This document shows positions 11,333 through 20,462 of a stretch of DNA of 64,000 bases, one piece after another. This DNA is from an uncultured Bacteroidales bacterium (GTDB lineage: Bacteria; Bacteroidota; Bacteroidia; Bacteroidales; FEN-979). The notes below the pieces were generated by a model. It did no database searches. It was not told where the DNA came from and worked only from the letters and a program-made list of their open reading frames with translations. Each line of letters opens with the position of its first letter. The stretch's first letter is position 1. Location of the stretch: the NCBI GenBank assembly GCA_903916595.1, contig CAIWXI010000055.1, forward strand, positions 7,870 to 71,869. The letters are read 5' to 3'. Both the position numbers and the translations under genes were made by a program.

Positions 11333-12013
11333 CTAATTAACAAACGCTGATCCTCTGATGTAACGGTCGTCCTTATAGTAAATAAATAAACAGCTACCTT
11401 CTTTGATAGTCTCAACCACCGGCTTGACCAGATCGGGAGGCAGGGACGGGCAACCAAAGCTTCTTCCGAGCCGACCATTCTTCCTGATGAATTTTTCGGT
11501 GGCATAATCAGCCCCGTGGATGATGATCTCGCGTTTCATGGCGTTGTCGTTAAACCCCTTCTCCAATCCATCGAGGATCAGCGACAGCCCGACACTTTTT
11601 CCCGTAATTTCCTCTTTCGTAATGTAAAAACCCAGGCTGCTTTGACAGGAACCTGAAACATTCGAGAAATGGTCTGCATATTCGCCTCCAGTGTTTTTGC
11701 CATGGGCCACGTATGTATTGAACAAAAGCGCTTTGTGAAGCAGGTCAATCACATAAAACCGTTTATTTTTACTCGATTGGGAAAAGTCGATGATGGTCAA
11801 AATATAATTGTTCTGAAATTTGCCAAGGGTTTCAAGTTTATGGTATCCTTTCAGGGCAAGCTGAAAGACTTCCTTTTTAAGACCCATTGCCGACAGGTTC
11901 AACGCAGCATAGAGATCAGGCTTTTCCTCCATGGCAGGAACCAGAATTCTGGAACCTGAATTGTTAATGACAGGGATCAGCAGCAATAAAATGTAAAAAA
12001 AATAATCTTTCAT
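11333..12013 (-). CDS. L,D-transpeptidase catalytic-domain family protein (YkuD_2-like)
   Basis: Signal peptide. C-terminal IIIHGADY...GRLGRSFGCPSLP matches the His...Gly-Cys catalytic pattern of YkuD-type domains. Confidence 0.65.
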   Translation of the reverse strand: MKDYFFYILLLLIPVINNSGSRILVPAMEEKPDLYAALNLSAMGLKKEVFQLALKGYHKLETLGKFQNNYILTIIDFSQSSKNKRFYVIDLLHKALLFNTYVAHGKNTGGEYADHFSNVSGSCQSSLGFYITKEEITGKSVGLSLILDGLEKGFNDNAMKREIIIHGADYATEKFIRKNGRLGRSFGCPSLPPDLVKPVVETIKEGSCLFIYYKDDRYIRGSAFVN

Positions 12014-12067
12014 TGTACAAAGATAATCGTATAATGAATAATCTCCATTTTTGAAGCAGCCGTTTTT

Positions 12068-13666
12068 TTATTCATTAATCAACAATTCGGCCAGGCGATC
12101 ATCCCTTTCATAAATATCTTCATAAAAGTTTATCTTACCTTGATGATCTACCCAGGTAGTAAGGTAGGCTATATAAACAGGTATTTTATTTTTCAACGAG
12201 TAGCTGCTCTCTATCCCGGCATGCATCGCGGCGTCGATCTTTCCAGGGGTCCAGTTCGGGTCATCCCTGAGAATCTCAATAGCAAGCTCACGAGGTTTTC
12301 CAACGCGTATGCAGCCGTGACTGAATGCCCTGCTTTCCCTTCCAAAGAGGCTTTTGGCAGGAGTGTCATGCATATAAATATCGTTGGAATTCGGAAAAAT
12401 GAACTTGATCAGCCCAAGTGAGTTGTTCTTTCCTGGTTTCTGTCGTACCTGACCATTGTTCCATTCCATGTTATGGATTTCAAGATAATTTTTGTTCTTC
12501 TTCATCCCCGGTTTGACTTCCTTGTTGATGATACTTTGGGGCAGATTCCAGTAAGGACTGAATACAATATAGCTTAACATCCCGCTGAAAATAACCGTCT
12601 TCGTTGTATTTTTCCCCACAACCACCGGTGATTCCAGATCGTTTTTCCCATCGCGGATCAGGTTCAGTCTGAAAGAGGGAATGTTTACGACGATATATTC
12701 TTTCACTTTCGCGAATTCGGGTGAAATCCACCGGCATCGTTCCATGTTGACAATGATTTTTTTGATGCGCTCACTAACGGGAATATTCATCTCCCTGATA
12801 TGTTTCCGGGAAATTAACTTTTCGGGAATATTGCCGTTATGTCGCTGATATTCCATTACCGCCTCTTCCAGCTCACTATCGTATTTGTTGGTTTTGTTGT
12901 TCTGTTTCATTTCACCGGTAACGAACAAGCGTTCCTTAATCTGTAGGATCGCTTCTGCAGTATCACCCGGCTTATAGGCTTTTAACTTTGGATTCAGGTC
13001 AATCGGCTTCCATCCTCCCCTTTTCTCAATTTCACGATATTCCTGGAGCACATCCCTCAGTTTGTAATACTGGTTGAACAACACACTGTCGGCGCGGTTA
13101 AGCAATACAGGGTCGGATTTGATTGAATCGAGCAAGGCGCTGTATGAGACTTCCTTTCGGGGGAGCAACCAACCCAATGCCATGGTCGTGGAATCATCCA
13201 GCCCTTCGTATACATTCTCAGCATAGAAAAGATACAGATTGGTGAGCATCAGCTCGGTCTCTGTTTTCGATAAGGCATTCTCCTTTTCATTTTCAAAGAC
13301 TCCGTCAACTTTTTGCTGGTAAGGGAATTTTGAAGATACACCCTCCACATCAAGGTCTTTAATCTTCCCGAAAAGTGTTTGACCAAATTCCACGACCCCG
13401 TGATTGTCATACCAGATGTGGTTGAAGCGGTGCTGCCGGTATACGCCAAGAACTTCCGGTTCGTATTTGCTCAGTAAAGGATATGTTTTATAGAATGCGA
13501 TCAGCAGGTTGCTGTCGAATGGCAGCTTGCTGTGCTGGTTAATAGCGCCATGGAGGTGAATGTCGGCTCCCTTTGCCAGCTGTCTCTTCTTTTTCAAATT
13601 GCAGGAGCCGGTAGCAAACAATAAGCCAATTGCGATAGCTATAAAAAGTAAGTAAGCTGTTCTCAT
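12068..13666 (-). CDS. L,D-transpeptidase, YcbB/LdtD-like lipoprotein
   Basis: Lipobox-like N-terminus (LLFATGSC). YMHDTPAKSLFGRESRAFSHGCIRV is the YkuD catalytic signature. Confidence 0.75.
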   Translation of the reverse strand: MRTAYLLFIAIAIGLLFATGSCNLKKKRQLAKGADIHLHGAINQHSKLPFDSNLLIAFYKTYPLLSKYEPEVLGVYRQHRFNHIWYDNHGVVEFGQTLFGKIKDLDVEGVSSKFPYQQKVDGVFENEKENALSKTETELMLTNLYLFYAENVYEGLDDSTTMALGWLLPRKEVSYSALLDSIKSDPVLLNRADSVLFNQYYKLRDVLQEYREIEKRGGWKPIDLNPKLKAYKPGDTAEAILQIKERLFVTGEMKQNNKTNKYDSELEEAVMEYQRHNGNIPEKLISRKHIREMNIPVSERIKKIIVNMERCRWISPEFAKVKEYIVVNIPSFRLNLIRDGKNDLESPVVVGKNTTKTVIFSGMLSYIVFSPYWNLPQSIINKEVKPGMKKNKNYLEIHNMEWNNGQVRQKPGKNNSLGLIKFIFPNSNDIYMHDTPAKSLFGRESRAFSHGCIRVGKPRELAIEILRDDPNWTPGKIDAAMHAGIESSYSLKNKIPVYIAYLTTWVDHQGKINFYEDIYERDDRLAELLINE

Positions 13667-13683
13667 GACTTTATTATTGTTTT

Positions 13684-14487
13684 TTACTTATGCTGGCTGA
13701 ATAACCATTCCATCATCAAAGGATCGCTGTAAGCTGCCAACCATGCAAAATGGCCGATACCAGGATAAAAAGTAAGCCCTGCACGTGACCCGGCCCTGGT
13801 CAAAGCGGTAATCATATCAAGGGAATAAAGAGGATTTACAGCGGCGTCTTCTGATCCATGAAAGATCCAGACTGGAATATGTGCAACAGATGCAGCTTTT
13901 GAGACATCACCACCTCCACAAACGGGAACAGCAGCAGCAAATAAACGTGGGTACCTCTCAATCGCATCGTAGGTTCCATAGCCTCCCATCGAAAGCCCGG
14001 TAATATAGATACGGTTCGTGTCGATCGAAAATGTTTTTATAAGCTGATGAATCAGTTCCAATACAAGTTCCATTGGTTTTGACGGATCCGGCCGAAGCCT
14101 CAATTCCCCGGTTTTTTCATTTTCGGCAAAGTTAGACCATTCCTGGTTTGCCGGGCATTGAGGAGCAATGACAATAGCCGGGTGCATGACCATTGCCTGG
14201 TCCGTCGCAAAATTCATTACACCCCATTTTAACTGAGCCTCGTTATCATTTCCCCGTTCACCTGAACCATGCAAGAAAATGACGAGAGGATATTTCCTCA
14301 CAGTATCATAATCAGGGAATAGCAGACGGTAATTCAGGGTATCGCCTTTACCGTTTGCGTACTTGTTAAAACAGAACCGGGATGATGATTGAGCCCATAT
14401 GCAGCTTGAACCTGTCAAACAGAAAAAGGCAATGAGAAAAAGAACTGGTCTCGATTGACCGTTGTTCCGGGAGTTTTTCTGATCCAT
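13684..14487 (-). CDS. secreted alpha/beta hydrolase (esterase / S9-like)
   Basis: Signal peptide, nucleophile elbow GLSMGGYG (G-x-S-x-G), and later HGSEDAAV and GIGHF, consistent with a Ser/Asp/His triad. Confidence 0.7.
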   Translation of the reverse strand: MDQKNSRNNGQSRPVLFLIAFFCLTGSSCIWAQSSSRFCFNKYANGKGDTLNYRLLFPDYDTVRKYPLVIFLHGSGERGNDNEAQLKWGVMNFATDQAMVMHPAIVIAPQCPANQEWSNFAENEKTGELRLRPDPSKPMELVLELIHQLIKTFSIDTNRIYITGLSMGGYGTYDAIERYPRLFAAAVPVCGGGDVSKAASVAHIPVWIFHGSEDAAVNPLYSLDMITALTRAGSRAGLTFYPGIGHFAWLAAYSDPLMMEWLFSQHK

Positions 14488-14645
14488 ACATTGATTTTAT
14501 TTTCCTTATTTCACTGCAAAATTACAGGATAAAAGGGTTGTAGTTTCAAAAATTTTGGTCGCTCCCTTTTACCACAGCAGCTTGCTCCATTTGCTGGTAT
14601 GCTATCAGAAGACACAGAGGCGCAAAAGAAGGCCATTATAACAGT

Positions 14646-14699
14646 TTTTTACGATTATTTACTCCTATTGTTATTTTCTTACTTGTATTTCTTGGAGAA
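14646..14699 (+). promoter_or_regulatory. phased-TTAC conserved element, copy 3 (upstream of lipoprotein / precursor A operon)
   Basis: TTTTTACGATTATTTACTCCTATTGTTATTTTCTTACTTGTATTTCTTGGAGAA. Ungapped hand alignment to copy 1 gives about 40/54 identities. TTAC occurs at offsets 4, 14 and 34. A -7-like TTACTTTG follows at 14715-14722. Confidence 0.55.
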
Positions 14700-14784
14700 C
14701 AGGATTTGTCATTATTACTTTGTTGATGATATTAATGGAGAAATCCAGTTAAACAATATACACTTGAACCTAAAACAAAGTGAC

Positions 14785-15435
14785 ATGAAAAAAAACATTG
14801 GATTATTTATTTGCGGACTCCTCCTTTCAGCAACAATGGGGGTCGCCCAGAAACTAACTTCCGGCAGTCTGGGGGCATTAAAAGGTGAAACGACTCTGAA
14901 TGTAATGTTTGATTATTCAAACGTGACCGTTGGCAATCCGGTAAACCCCTTCATGTCAAAGAAAGGTATTACTGAAAAGGAGTATGTAGAACAAAAAACC
15001 TCAGAACTCAATGCAAAAAAACCAGGTGACGGGGACCGCTGGGCCCAGGCCTGGCAGGATGACCGTCAAAAACTTTTTCAGCCGGCTTTCCTGCAGGAAC
15101 TCAACGATAAACTTGAAAAACAAGGATTAGTCGCGAAAGAAAATGCATCCGATGCCAGGTACACGCTGGTAGTGAAAACTATTCTTGTTAATGTGGGGTT
15201 TAACATCGGGATGTCAAAAAAGGAAGCATATATCAACCTGGTGATCGATATTGTAGAAACAGCAGATCATTCAAAGGTAGCTGCTTCGGTTGAAATGAAT
15301 AATGTACTTAAAAAGGTCCAGATGTCTTACGGTGATATGACTTTCGATTTTGCAGTCGGCCAACGCCTGCAGGCATGTTATGAGCAAGCCGGCATATCCT
15401 TTGGTAAATTTCTCTCAAAAGGATTATCCAAATAA
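14785..15435 (+). CDS. secreted protein or lipoprotein of unknown function
   Basis: The track ORF starts at 14599, but its first 186 nt cover the conserved noncoding element. ATG 14785 gives the signal/lipobox-like peptide MKKNIGLFICGLLLSATMGVAQ. Confidence 0.55.
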   Translation: MKKNIGLFICGLLLSATMGVAQKLTSGSLGALKGETTLNVMFDYSNVTVGNPVNPFMSKKGITEKEYVEQKTSELNAKKPGDGDRWAQAWQDDRQKLFQPAFLQELNDKLEKQGLVAKENASDARYTLVVKTILVNVGFNIGMSKKEAYINLVIDIVETADHSKVAASVEMNNVLKKVQMSYGDMTFDFAVGQRLQACYEQAGISFGKFLSKGLSK

Positions 15436-15596
15436 GAGTTTTGCAGGTTCATGGACAGGCCGGTTATACTGACCACCTTCTGCCGATTTTGTTTTACCAC
15501 CTTACCTTATTATCAATCAATAAAATGGCATGGTCAAATTATTCCGGCGAAGGCTGGTCAATGCGAGCGTTTTTTCCAGGCATGATTAATAAACAT

Positions 15597-15917
15597 ATGA
15601 AAACAAAACAAGTCATTGAAATGCAGCTCATCGAAAAAGCGATGAAAGATCCCGATTTCAGGAAGCGGCTTCTTGAAAACCCGAAAGCAGTCATTCAGGA
15701 AATGACGGGGTTTGAACTTTCTCCATCCCTCAACCTGAGAATTCTCGAAGAGGATCCTCACACAGTGTACCTGATCCTTCCATTTATTCCGTCTCAACTA
15801 AATGAAAATGAACTGGATGAAACTGAGCTGGAAAGGATAGCAGGAGGGGGGCAATTTACAGGGTTCTCTTTTTGTCATACCTGTGGTTGTGACTCTTTTA
15901 CCCGTGAATGTGAGTAG
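15597..15917 (+). CDS. NHLP-leader RiPP/bacteriocin precursor A (core GQFTGFSFCHTCGCDSFTRECE)
   Basis: MKTKQVIEMQLIEKAMKDPDFRKRLLENPKAVIQEMTGF...TVYLILP...ELDETELERIAGG shows the nitrile-hydratase-like leader pattern ending in a double-glycine site. The track start at 15441 (TTG) looks like a spurious extension. An alternative ATG lies at 15582. Confidence 0.85.
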   Translation: MKTKQVIEMQLIEKAMKDPDFRKRLLENPKAVIQEMTGFELSPSLNLRILEEDPHTVYLILPFIPSQLNENELDETELERIAGGGQFTGFSFCHTCGCDSFTRECE

Positions 15918-15965
15918 TACATTCCAAGCTTATATTTTTATCTGAAAACTTTAAACCCAGATCAT

Positions 15966-16535
15966 ATGAAAACCAAATTCTTATTTCTTTTTATCAGTCT
16001 CAGCTGTTTGATCAGCAATTTAAAGTCTCAGGACATCCTGGTTTATAAAAACGGAGACGAAGTCCAGTCTAAAGTTATAGAGGTAACCGATGACAATATA
16101 AAATATAAAAAGTGGGGTAATTTAGACGGACCATCGTATACGGCCATTAAAAAGGACGTTTTAATGATAAAATATCAGAATGGAACAAAAGATGTATTTA
16201 ATAATCAGCCCACTCAGACTAATTCAAATACAGCTGTAACACAGAAAAAGTCTGAACCAGGAAAAATATGCTTTTATTCTTCAGATAAACGGATTGATCA
16301 GATAGATATTTACGTTTATTATTATGACGAAGCCGGAGCAAAGAAATCAAGAGTCGGTCAGTTGGATTTCTATTTCAAAGGCCGTCCCGATTGCGGTCAG
16401 GATGGAACGTATACTTTAAATCTTCCGCCGGGCGATTATGACTATTATGCTGTTGACGACGTTATTTACGAAATGAAAGGTACATTTTCAGTCATAGAAA
16501 ACCAATGTACTTTTCTGGATGTCGTCTGCAGATAA
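15966..16535 (+). CDS. secreted protein of unknown function (4 Cys in C-terminal half)
   Basis: Signal peptide MKTKFLFLFISLSCLISNLKSQ. No family recognised. It lies between precursor A and the C10 peptidase gene. Confidence 0.6.
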   Translation: MKTKFLFLFISLSCLISNLKSQDILVYKNGDEVQSKVIEVTDDNIKYKKWGNLDGPSYTAIKKDVLMIKYQNGTKDVFNNQPTQTNSNTAVTQKKSEPGKICFYSSDKRIDQIDIYVYYYDEAGAKKSRVGQLDFYFKGRPDCGQDGTYTLNLPPGDYDYYAVDDVIYEMKGTFSVIENQCTFLDVVCR

Positions 16536-16574
16536 ATATTCCAGAATAATCCCGCTAAGACCGCCTGGTCGGAA

Positions 16575-16628
16575 TTTTTACAATTTCTTACTCCTTTTTT
16601 TAAATCCTTACCTGTATTGTTTTGAAAC
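16575..16628 (+). promoter_or_regulatory. phased-TTAC conserved element, copy 1 (upstream of C10 peptidase gene)
   Basis: TTTTTACAATTTCTTACTCCTTTTTTTAAATCCTTACCTGTATTGTTTTGAAAC. It is 49/54 identical to copy 2. TTTG (-33-like) lies at 16621-16624 and TAATTTTA (-7-like) at 16645-16652. Confidence 0.65.
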
Positions 16629-16725
16629 ATGATACGGCTGATATTAATTTTACCATACGAAGACTGTTTCTATGCAGAACTATAAACAGCCCATATTATT
16701 TTAAACAAACATTAACAAAAATTTT

Positions 16726-19329
16726 ATGAAAAAAATAATCCTGTCTCTCCTGTTTGCTGTGGTATTGATCAGCAGCGGGTTTGGAAAAACCGTTGAAGTA
16801 AACCGTGCAAAAAATGTTGCGTCAAATTACCTGGCTTCAATGCCAACCCGGTTTCCACAGGGAATTCCCGGAGGTCTGAGCCTGTGTTATACGGCTGCGG
16901 AAAACAACACCTCCGCAATGAAGGCATCCTCAGCGCCATTATATTATGTTTTTAATATAAACAGCGCCTATGGTTTTATCATTATTTCGGCGGATGATGT
17001 TGTCATTCCGGTGCTGGCTTATTCCGATGAAACCAGTTTCTCTGCTGATAACATTCCACCTAATGTTGCAGGCTGGCTGAAGGGGTATGAGAATGAGATC
17101 AGTCATGCCATCAGCACGAACCTGGATCAGGCTCCTGAAGTTCAGTCGGAATGGACCGCCCTGGTCAAAGGCCCTCTGCAGGGCCATGCGCTTAAGTCGG
17201 CAACCGGAGTTAATGCTCTTATCACAACCATCTGGGGTCAGGACCCGTTCTATAATGATCTATGTCCGTACGATAATACCGCTGCTGAGCGGACCGTAAC
17301 CGGATGTGTTGCCACAGCTATGGCCCAGGTCATGAAATATCATGCTTATCCCACCACCGGTATCGGAAGTTATTCTTACAGCACCACCCGTTATGGAACC
17401 CTGTCGGCTAATTTCGGGGCAACGACTTATAACTGGACCGCCATGCCCAACAACGTGACCACAGCAAACACTGCCGTGGCCACCCTGATGTATCATTGCG
17501 GGGTGGGTGCCAAAATGGACTACAACGTGAGTGCCCAGGGAGGAAGTGCAGCATACGTCGTTGCTACCGACGATCCGAAATGTGCTGAAAATGCACTGAA
17601 AGACTATTTCGGTTATGCCACAACTTTGCAGGGCAAAACGAAATCAAATTACACCAACACCGAGTGGATCAACCTGCTGAAAACCGAACTTAATGCCAGC
17701 AGGCCGATGGTCTATGCAGGGGGAGCGCATTGCTTTGTCTGTGACGGTTATGATGACAGTGATAAGTTCCACTTCAACTGGGGCTGGTCGGGAAGTTACG
17801 ACGGATTTTACGCCCTTACAGCTCTGATACCGGGTGGGACCGGGACCGGCGGGGGCAACGGGAATTACACCAACGGACAGGAAGCTGTTATCGGGATTCG
17901 TAAGCCGGCTTCGGGGGGAGGCGGAGACAGGTTTTTCAAGCTTGCATTAAATGCAGCGGTCACCTGCCCATCCGACATCATCAATTACGAAGATTCCCTC
18001 TCCTTTCACACCGATATCATTAACAATGGCCAGTCGACGTTCAGCGGCGATATTTCAGCCTGTATCTTTGATACCAACGGGATCTTTATTCATGAAGTCC
18101 AGACCATCAAGGGAGTTGCACTCACCGCCGGCAGCCATTTGCCAAACGGTGCAACTTTCACAAACCCCGGGCTCACCTCCATGCTTCCCAACACGTATTT
18201 CGTGGGTATTATGTACAGGTCGGCCGATACAAACTGGATCATTGTTCCCGATACCAATGCCTTCCACAACAATAAACGGCTGGTGGTCATAAACACCAAC
18301 CCCGTCGAAATGTATGCGGCCATGAACATAAGCCCCGGCTTAAATATGACACAGGGAGATGCAGTATCGGTGCAGGCCGACATCGTCAATCACGGAACCA
18401 CCGATTTTAACGGCACTCTGGACCTTTCGATTTACGACATGGAAGGGTATTATGTGAATTTTATAGGCGAGAAGACAAATTTCACACTCCCGGTGAACCA
18501 GCACACCATGGGTCTGACATTCAGTACATCCAGCATCAATGTCCAGCCCGGCAGCTATCTTATAGCTATGCTGTTTCAGCCCGCCGGATCGTCGGACTGG
18601 CAGTTGATAGGATCCACCGCTTATGCAAACCCGGTTAAAATCCAGGTCAATGCAGTTCCTTTGATCGCCGATCAGTATGAGCCCAATAACACTTCCGCAA
18701 CGGCTTCTTCCCTGCCGGTAAGTTTCGCAACAAACCCGGCCATTATTAATACTGTTGGTGCAAACTGCCATACAGGCATAGATTTTGACTTTTACACACT
18801 TTCTCTCCCTGCAGGCTATAATTATGTTATTACCGGCAATCTGGTTGATGCTTATAATGACCCTGACCAGGTATATACCCTGGATGCACTCTGGTCGTAT
18901 TCCACCAACGGCATAACCTGGTCTGAGGCTTATGATGACACCATTCCTGATATTACAATGAACAACGGCGGAACTATTATGTTCGACGTTGAACCATATT
19001 ACCCCGGTCAGACAGGAACGTACCAGTCAGTTGTACGGATAAGCAGGAACGCGCTTGGCGTAAATGATAAAACGCAGCCTGATCAAGTCATGGTTTACCC
19101 CAATCCTGTTACTGATTACCTCTTTATTGAATCAGCAGACCAACGGGCAGTCTTATCAGGAATTAAGCTGTTCAGCGTGACTGGATGCGAGCTTACCACA
19201 GTGAACTTTACCGGGCTTAAGTCCGGCTGCAGCATGTCCGTTACTAACCTTCAGGATGGAACATATATCCTTGCAGTGACAACTGTCAGCGGCATTATTC
19301 ACAGGCAGATCGTCATCCGGAAAAAATAA
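16726..19329 (+). CDS. C10-family (streptopain/SpeB-like) cysteine peptidase with PPC domain and T9SS C-terminal sorting domain
   Basis: Catalytic Cys motif TGCVATAMAQVMKYH, His motif GGAHCFVCDGYD, and FHFNWGWSG. There is an N-terminal Spi-inhibitor-like propeptide. EPNNTSATASSL...DFDFYTL indicates a PPC domain, and the C-terminal VYPNPVTDYLFIE...GTYIL indicates a T9SS CTD. Confidence 0.85.
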   Translation: MKKIILSLLFAVVLISSGFGKTVEVNRAKNVASNYLASMPTRFPQGIPGGLSLCYTAAENNTSAMKASSAPLYYVFNINSAYGFIIISADDVVIPVLAYSDETSFSADNIPPNVAGWLKGYENEISHAISTNLDQAPEVQSEWTALVKGPLQGHALKSATGVNALITTIWGQDPFYNDLCPYDNTAAERTVTGCVATAMAQVMKYHAYPTTGIGSYSYSTTRYGTLSANFGATTYNWTAMPNNVTTANTAVATLMYHCGVGAKMDYNVSAQGGSAAYVVATDDPKCAENALKDYFGYATTLQGKTKSNYTNTEWINLLKTELNASRPMVYAGGAHCFVCDGYDDSDKFHFNWGWSGSYDGFYALTALIPGGTGTGGGNGNYTNGQEAVIGIRKPASGGGGDRFFKLALNAAVTCPSDIINYEDSLSFHTDIINNGQSTFSGDISACIFDTNGIFIHEVQTIKGVALTAGSHLPNGATFTNPGLTSMLPNTYFVGIMYRSADTNWIIVPDTNAFHNNKRLVVINTNPVEMYAAMNISPGLNMTQGDAVSVQADIVNHGTTDFNGTLDLSIYDMEGYYVNFIGEKTNFTLPVNQHTMGLTFSTSSINVQPGSYLIAMLFQPAGSSDWQLIGSTAYANPVKIQVNAVPLIADQYEPNNTSATASSLPVSFATNPAIINTVGANCHTGIDFDFYTLSLPAGYNYVITGNLVDAYNDPDQVYTLDALWSYSTNGITWSEAYDDTIPDITMNNGGTIMFDVEPYYPGQTGTYQSVVRISRNALGVNDKTQPDQVMVYPNPVTDYLFIESADQRAVLSGIKLFSVTGCELTTVNFTGLKSGCSMSVTNLQDGTYILAVTTVSGIIHRQIVIRKK

Positions 19330-19397
19330 AGCTTACTTTTGATTCTGCAAGGGTCTGCTGCCTGACCGGAAAAAAATTGATTACGCATTGAACACCA

Positions 19398-20462
19398 ATG
19401 ACTGGAGCTCTTCAAGTTTTGATTGCTGAAGCCATCAGCAGCGCAATAGGTTTTCTGTTATGTTCAAGGGATGGGCAAGGGCTGTGGTCCGATTTCCGCC
19501 TTCCCATCGGGGAGAGCAGCGGGTGGGTCACCGGGTTTGTAGGTTCAGTCCTCGCCGGCTCTGGTGATGACCGTGTCATAAGGGAAACGAAGAATGTCTG
19601 GAATGTGTTTGCCGCTCAAAAACTGTTCACCGGTCACGGGGGATGGGGATATAACTTGCTCACCCCCGAGGATGCCGACAGCACGGTATGGGGTATCAGG
19701 TTTGCTCTAAGCCTCGGCCTGGATGGGAAGTTCAGGACAAAGGCAGCGGAGGAGTTTCTTCTGAAGCATTGGTTAACAGATGGCGGGATCACCACATACA
19801 TCCTTGAAAAAGAGCTTAGAAAACTGATTGGCGCCACGCCTGAAGAGGACATCCGGGGATGGACGGGTTCACACCTCTGTGTGACCGCCGCGGCTGCAGG
19901 GATTCCTGGGTTCAGCAGCATCCTTTTACCCTACATCCTGGAACATCAGCTTCCCGCCGGGAACTGGAATGGTTACTGGTGGAGCGATTCCGCTTATGCC
20001 ACAGCTCTTGCGACGGAGGCCCTGCTTGTCGCAGGAATGACTGAACACCGCGATGCAATTGACCGGGCGTTCTCCTGGGCGATGCAGCATTTCGGCAGGG
20101 AAGCTTTCGTTTCAAATGATATCTTTCGTGAGGGATCTCCCTTTGCCACAGCCCTGGCTTTAAAGACCCTGCTTCTTGCCGGGGAGGTTGACAAGACCCG
20201 TGAAAAATCCGGGGCGGTTGCCCGATGGCTCATCAGCCGGCAGCAGGACAACGGATCGTGGCAACCCTCTGCCTTGCTGCAGGTTCCTCCGCCTTTTATG
20301 AAAATACCGGTCGATCCCGGGAGCTGGCCTGATGGAAAAGGAGCTGCCTGGGGCACCGTGGTTACCGATCACAGGTCGTTGTTTACCACGGCAGCCGTAC
20401 TCGATTCGCTGGTGTTCTATCAGAAGACCCATTCAGGAACGATAAAGCCGGAAGCACTATGA
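19398..20462 (+). CDS. QW-repeat alpha/alpha-toroid protein (squalene-cyclase / prenyltransferase-repeat-like), single domain
   Basis: Repeats of the type a..(F/W/Y)L...Q..dG.W are present: GFLLCSRDGQGLW, YILEHQLPAGNW, RWLISRQQDNGSW and GHGGWGY. PEDADSTVWGIRFAL resembles the DxDD(T/S)A segment of class II cyclases. No signal peptide. Confidence 0.6.
   Translation: MTGALQVLIAEAISSAIGFLLCSRDGQGLWSDFRLPIGESSGWVTGFVGSVLAGSGDDRVIRETKNVWNVFAAQKLFTGHGGWGYNLLTPEDADSTVWGIRFALSLGLDGKFRTKAAEEFLLKHWLTDGGITTYILEKELRKLIGATPEEDIRGWTGSHLCVTAAAAGIPGFSSILLPYILEHQLPAGNWNGYWWSDSAYATALATEALLVAGMTEHRDAIDRAFSWAMQHFGREAFVSNDIFREGSPFATALALKTLLLAGEVDKTREKSGAVARWLISRQQDNGSWQPSALLQVPPPFMKIPVDPGSWPDGKGAAWGTVVTDHRSLFTTAAVLDSLVFYQKTHSGTIKPEAL

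Noticed and set aside
14599-14784. N-terminal extension of the 14599-15435 ORF
   Set aside because: The extension translates the conserved phased-TTAC element and the promoter-like boxes. The internal ATG at 14785 gives a proper signal/lipobox peptide.
15441-15596. TTG-initiated 52-codon extension upstream of precursor A
   Set aside because: The other two precursors begin right at the conserved leader (M..L.K.....LIEK). The extension has no similarity to them and begins with a non-ATG codon.
19330-19397. CTTACTTTTG upstream of the QW-repeat gene as a possible fourth copy of the TTAC element
   Set aside because: Only one half-site-like match is present, with no phased repeats and no -33/-7 geometry. 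It is most likely a chance match.
19634-20432. Several long ORFs antisense to or out of frame with the QW-repeat gene (19634-19921, 19859-20044, 19912-20115, 19994-20356, 20160-20432)
   Set aside because: They are nested inside a longer ORF that has recognisable repeat motifs. Their products are Arg/Pro/Gly/Ser-rich low-complexity sequence, as expected from alternative frames of a GC-rich gene. None has an independent start context.
19398-20462. Possibility that the alpha/alpha-toroid protein is a LanC-type lanthionine cyclase
   Set aside because: LanC proteins carry conserved zinc-ligand motifs of the W-C-x-G and C-H-G type. This protein has only two Cys (LLCSRDG, SHLCVTA), neither in such a context, and it shows QW-type repeats instead.
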